Positions 62,200 to 64,000 of a DNA stretch of 64,000 bases are shown here, one piece after another. Within the stretch, counting starts at the first letter, position 1; each line of letters begins with the position of its first letter. The notes beneath the pieces were generated by a model. That model saw nothing but the letters and a program-made list of their open reading frames with translations. It was not told where the DNA came from and made no database searches. Source of the stretch: Octopus bimaculoides (Eukaryota); the NCBI RefSeq assembly GCF_001194135.2, contig NC_068984.1:119449943-119513942 (forward strand), read 5' to 3'. A program made the translations under genes and the position numbers.

Positions 62200-63132
62200 T
62201 ATATATATATATATANNNNNNNNNNNNNNNNNNNNNNNNNNNNNNNNNNNNNNNNNNNNNNNNNNNNNNNNNNNNNNNNNNNNNNNNNNNNNATAATTAT
62301 AAGTATTTATTCTATCCTAATAAATAATAATTCTGATAGAATAAATGGGTTAATAGAAACCAAGGTAGCAAAGATCACAAAATAACTGTGGTGTAATTCC
62401 TGTTGGTGAGGCAGAAACTCCTTGATATTTTGGGTATTTGAGTATATTTAAAAATTTAAGGAATGGAGAAAACGCACACACACACACTCATGTATTGAAT
62501 TCTATTTAACCAGTTTGTTCTACCAAACCTGTATGTATACTTGTAACAGCTGTCACTTGCATGACTTGATGGCATGTAGTAAACTTTCATTAATTGCTTT
62601 AGGTACCCATGAAGTCACAAGCAGACATACACACCCTTTTGATCAATCCCCTCTCAATCTTGACACACCAATTTATGCAGAGTGTGACAACTGCAGAGAC
62701 AGAGAATTACCTCTGCACTCAGTTGGAGCTCATTATAGCTGAGTATACTGGAACGATGTGAAATGAAATGCATTGCTGAAGCACACAGTGCACTGTCTAG
62801 TCCATGGATTGAATTGACAACTTTATGATTGTGAACCAAACACTTTAACCACGAGGTCATGCACTTTCATATAAAGCCTGATAATGTTGTTTATACTGTG
62901 TCACTTTATGCCTCCATAACTTAGCAGTTTGACAAACAGAGTCACTAAAATAAGTACCAGAGACTGAAACAGATATTAGTACTGATATGATCAACTGAAA
63001 CTTTTGAAGGAAGTATCCCAGTCTGGTTGTAGCCAAATAATTGAAACTAATCAAAGTAGAATACCTACTGTTCCACTCTCTCTCTTTTTTTTCTTCATAT
63101 TTTTCATTGATATCAACAACACCATCTTTTCC
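41918..63132 (-). CDS. URI1: URI1 (unconventional prefoldin RPB5 interactor), 3' five exons, 5'-partial, 269 aa in window
   Basis: complement join(63132-63069,50981-50834,49972-49711,42346-42131,42037-41918); GT-AG introns, phases consistent. Motifs match human URI1 from memory: VVDINE (DIVDIRE), FWDRLEELE (LWARLEELE), IKFSHS (IYFSHT), SPSDIY..PKSILKSR (TPADIY..RKSILKSR), AFTSTVIEK (AFSGTVIEK), KRISKFKASR (KRVSKFKAAR). Confidence 0.93.
42131..42346 (-). CDS. URI1: URI1 exon (…ICSPSDIYKMFPSEPKSILKSR…)
   Basis: tttcag acceptor (alternative in-frame CAG 6 nt downstream), gtaaga donor. Confidence 0.92.
42737..42808 (+). pseudogene. 5S rRNA-derived segment (SINE3-type head or 5S pseudogene fragment)
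   Basis: aatcacctaagttaggcaatgtcaagcctacttagtacttagatgggtgactgcttggggaaacctaggtgc aligns by eye to 5S boxes A, IE and C (…AAGCTAAGCAGGGTCGGGCCTGGTTAGTACTTGGATGGGAGACCGCCTGGGAATACCGGGTGC). Confidence 0.7.
44432..46228 (-). mobile_element. 5'-truncated RTE-clade LINE (RT and C-terminus) with 11-bp TSD, in URI1 intron
   Basis: Frameshifted RT pieces NYRGISLLSIAGKVLARVLLNRL, YVDLTKAFDTVSR, GVKQGCVLA, KFTYLGSTLS, WAGHVARMPD; 3' end gatggtcctcgtcg...gaacaacac; TSD TGAGTGGATGC at 44421-44431 and 46229-46239. Confidence 0.93.
46450..47790 (+). mobile_element. Decayed RTE-type LINE (RT N-half joined to 3' UTR; internal deletion)
   Basis: QFGFMPGRSTTDAIFLVR*LQEK...AFVNMEKAFDRV at 47360-47500, followed by the family 3' UTR and (GAT)n tail near 47780-47793. 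Confidence 0.8.
47800..49610 (-). mobile_element. Decayed RTE-type LINE of the same family in opposite orientation
   Basis: Minus-strand remnants WWNDTIDRAIK..WKTWKEG, QSGFMSVKGTT, GTCERGRPR..WDKLVKADL. Confidence 0.7.
49711..49972 (-). CDS. URI1: URI1 acidic-region exon (...SVHWTDE...IKFSHSPVKPKVEK)
   Basis: tcttctag acceptor, gtaaga donor, 262 nt. Confidence 0.9.
50075..50497 (+). mobile_element. RTE LINE 3' UTR copy with all four hairpin units, in URI1 intron
   Basis: Four GCCAGT-N8-ACTGGC units, then the conserved tail and (GAT)n. Confidence 0.88.
50834..50981 (-). CDS. URI1: URI1 exon, RPB5-binding region (IQHKENIKKYREK...AFWDRLEELENQE)
   Basis: tttatag acceptor, gtaaga donor. Not in the ORF track; translated by hand. 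Confidence 0.92.
51017..51340 (+). mobile_element. tRNA-headed SINE (dominant family), representative copy
   Basis: A-box-like tggctgtgtggtaag head, central microsatellite, conserved tail ...ccagcatggccgcagtcaaatgactgaaac. Other copies near 8620-8995(+), 19555-19885(-), 20330-20712(-), 21023-21431(-), 24715-25070(+), 27985-28195(+), 42810-43110(+), 43960-44120(+). Confidence 0.8.
51374..52259 (-). mobile_element. Rearranged mariner-family DNA transposon with ~250-bp inverted arms, TA TSD
   Basis: Minus-strand KAMICVWWNYEGIIHYE, NLYSEQL, YSLDLSPLDYYF (DD34D region); ends TTGTGTTGAG...CTCAACACAA flanked by TA at 51372-51373 and 52260-52261. Confidence 0.85.
54090..54620 (+). mobile_element. 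Old RTE-like LINE C-terminal remnant
   Basis: NAMVESVLLYDTSIWTLTKEL..MLDG...FAGHYLRS motifs, with frameshifts. Confidence 0.55.
57163..57560 (-). mobile_element. RTE LINE 3' UTR copy
   Basis: Reverse complement of the family UTR with (CAT)n at 57163-57180. Confidence 0.85.
57860..58420 (+). mobile_element. RTE-type LINE remnant (PHD-insert family)
   Basis: QCKLWMHKKCS...PGGSLQIIDSFCDLIS matches the 11.85-12.2 kb translation. Confidence 0.7.
58540..59360. repeat. Complex (TA)/(CA) microsatellite with N gap 58741-59088
   Basis: Direct reading; it is the source of several spurious Y/I/V/C-rich ORFs. Confidence 0.95.
59361..60710 (-). mobile_element. Penelope-like element N-terminal and RT region, in URI1 intron
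   Basis: KIINLSKRELS..LLLKGLKFTPTP, ADKGGAIVIMD, MRPIVAG, FDVTNLYTNIP, YRQIKGTAMGTKFAPSYANLVM, WKRYLDN; runs into a microsatellite array at 59360. Confidence 0.92.
60712..61430 (+). mobile_element. Helitron 3' fragment (PIF1-like helicase C-terminus and CTAG terminus)
   Basis: TILTG..VFIPRIPLIPSD...FKRLQFPV..FAMSINKAQ.QSL...SHGQLY.GCSRV...KTKNIVY; ends gcaatgccaggtccaacagCTAG|t at 61427-61430, followed by (TA)n. Confidence 0.9.
63069..63132 (-). CDS. URI1: URI1 exon (GKDGVVDINEKYEEKKEREWN)
   Basis: tcttccag acceptor; A|gtaggt donor (phase 1) joins in frame to 50981. Confidence 0.8.
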
Positions 63133-64000
63133 CTGGAAGATGAAAAAAAAAAAATGATAATAATAATCTTTTCTACTATAGGCACAAAGTCTGGAATTTG
63201 TGGGGAGGGGTATAGTCAATCACATGAACCCCAATGTTTCACTGGTACTTGATTTATTGACCATGATTGTTTATTTTTAGAATGACATTGTAGGGTAGGT
63301 GTGAGAGGCCAGATCTTGCCAGTTTGAACATAAAACAAGTAGAATATTTGGGCTTGGTATGGCCAGTTTAAATGCTAAAGGGTAAGGAATTATTCCCTAA
63401 ATGAGGTGCATTCATCTTAAATATGATCAATAAATACATCATCATTATAATTGTCATTTACCACCACACAAGTGGTGCTGTTCATTTCCAATCTTCCATG
63501 TAAATATGTCTAACCATGAGGAAATATTACCTTGCTTGGAAACAGGTGATGATTGGCAATGGAAAGGGCATCCAGCCATAGAAAGTTTGCCTTCAATAAA
63601 TTGCACCTGAACCATGCAAGCATGGAAAAATGGACATTAAAACGATGACAATTTTTTATACTGAGTCAATTTTGAACAGCAGTTGTTTTATAAAACAATG
63701 TTTAAGTTTACTTTAGTCTGACTTCCAGCATTCATACGGTTTCAATATAACAAAAATCACTTGTTATAATTGCCTCATCATGAGTATTCTTTAGTTTGTC
63801 ACGGCTTACATCCTGCAGATTATTGCATTCTCACAAGCACACAACATCCTTCTCATCTCATGACTACATTAACAGAGTCAATACACTTGCATTGCAGTTG
63901 TGAATGAGATGTAATTATGCTAGTACTGGCCAAAATACATATATCACCTAGTCGGATTGGTAAAAACTCCAGTAGGACAAGTAATACTTGTCAGAAGAAT

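Overview
This is AT-rich, microsatellite-dense eukaryotic DNA with short-read N gaps. The repeat landscape points to an octopus (coleoid cephalopod) genome; that is an inference, not a database result. Two genes can be rebuilt exon by exon. The first is a complete cyclin E (+ strand, 10 coding exons, 34010-40672, about 436 aa, with the MRAILLDW cyclin box and the C-terminal LLTPPQS Fbw7 degron). The second is the 3' part of URI1 (- strand, 5 exons, 63132-41918; its prefoldin exons lie beyond the window). The two genes converge with stop codons only about 1.25 kb apart, and they are also neighbours at human 19q12. I found no host exons in the first ~32 kb. Everything else is transposon debris: several RTE-clade LINE families, a CR1/L2 remnant, two Penelope-like RT remnants, Helitron, mariner and piggyBac pieces, MITEs and SINEs. 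The most interesting observations are: (1) small inverted-repeat elements carrying minimal hammerhead ribozymes of the Penelope/retrozyme type (10.5 kb and 31.1 kb, plus a degenerate one at 0.3 kb); (2) the compact convergent CCNE-URI1 pair; (3) four perfect Pumilio elements and a CPE overlapping the poly(A) hexamer in the cyclin E 3' UTR; (4) a candidate alternative first exon that would remove the N-terminal NLS; (5) a mariner whose 5' end is replaced by an inverted copy of its 3' end. Percent identities were estimated by eye.
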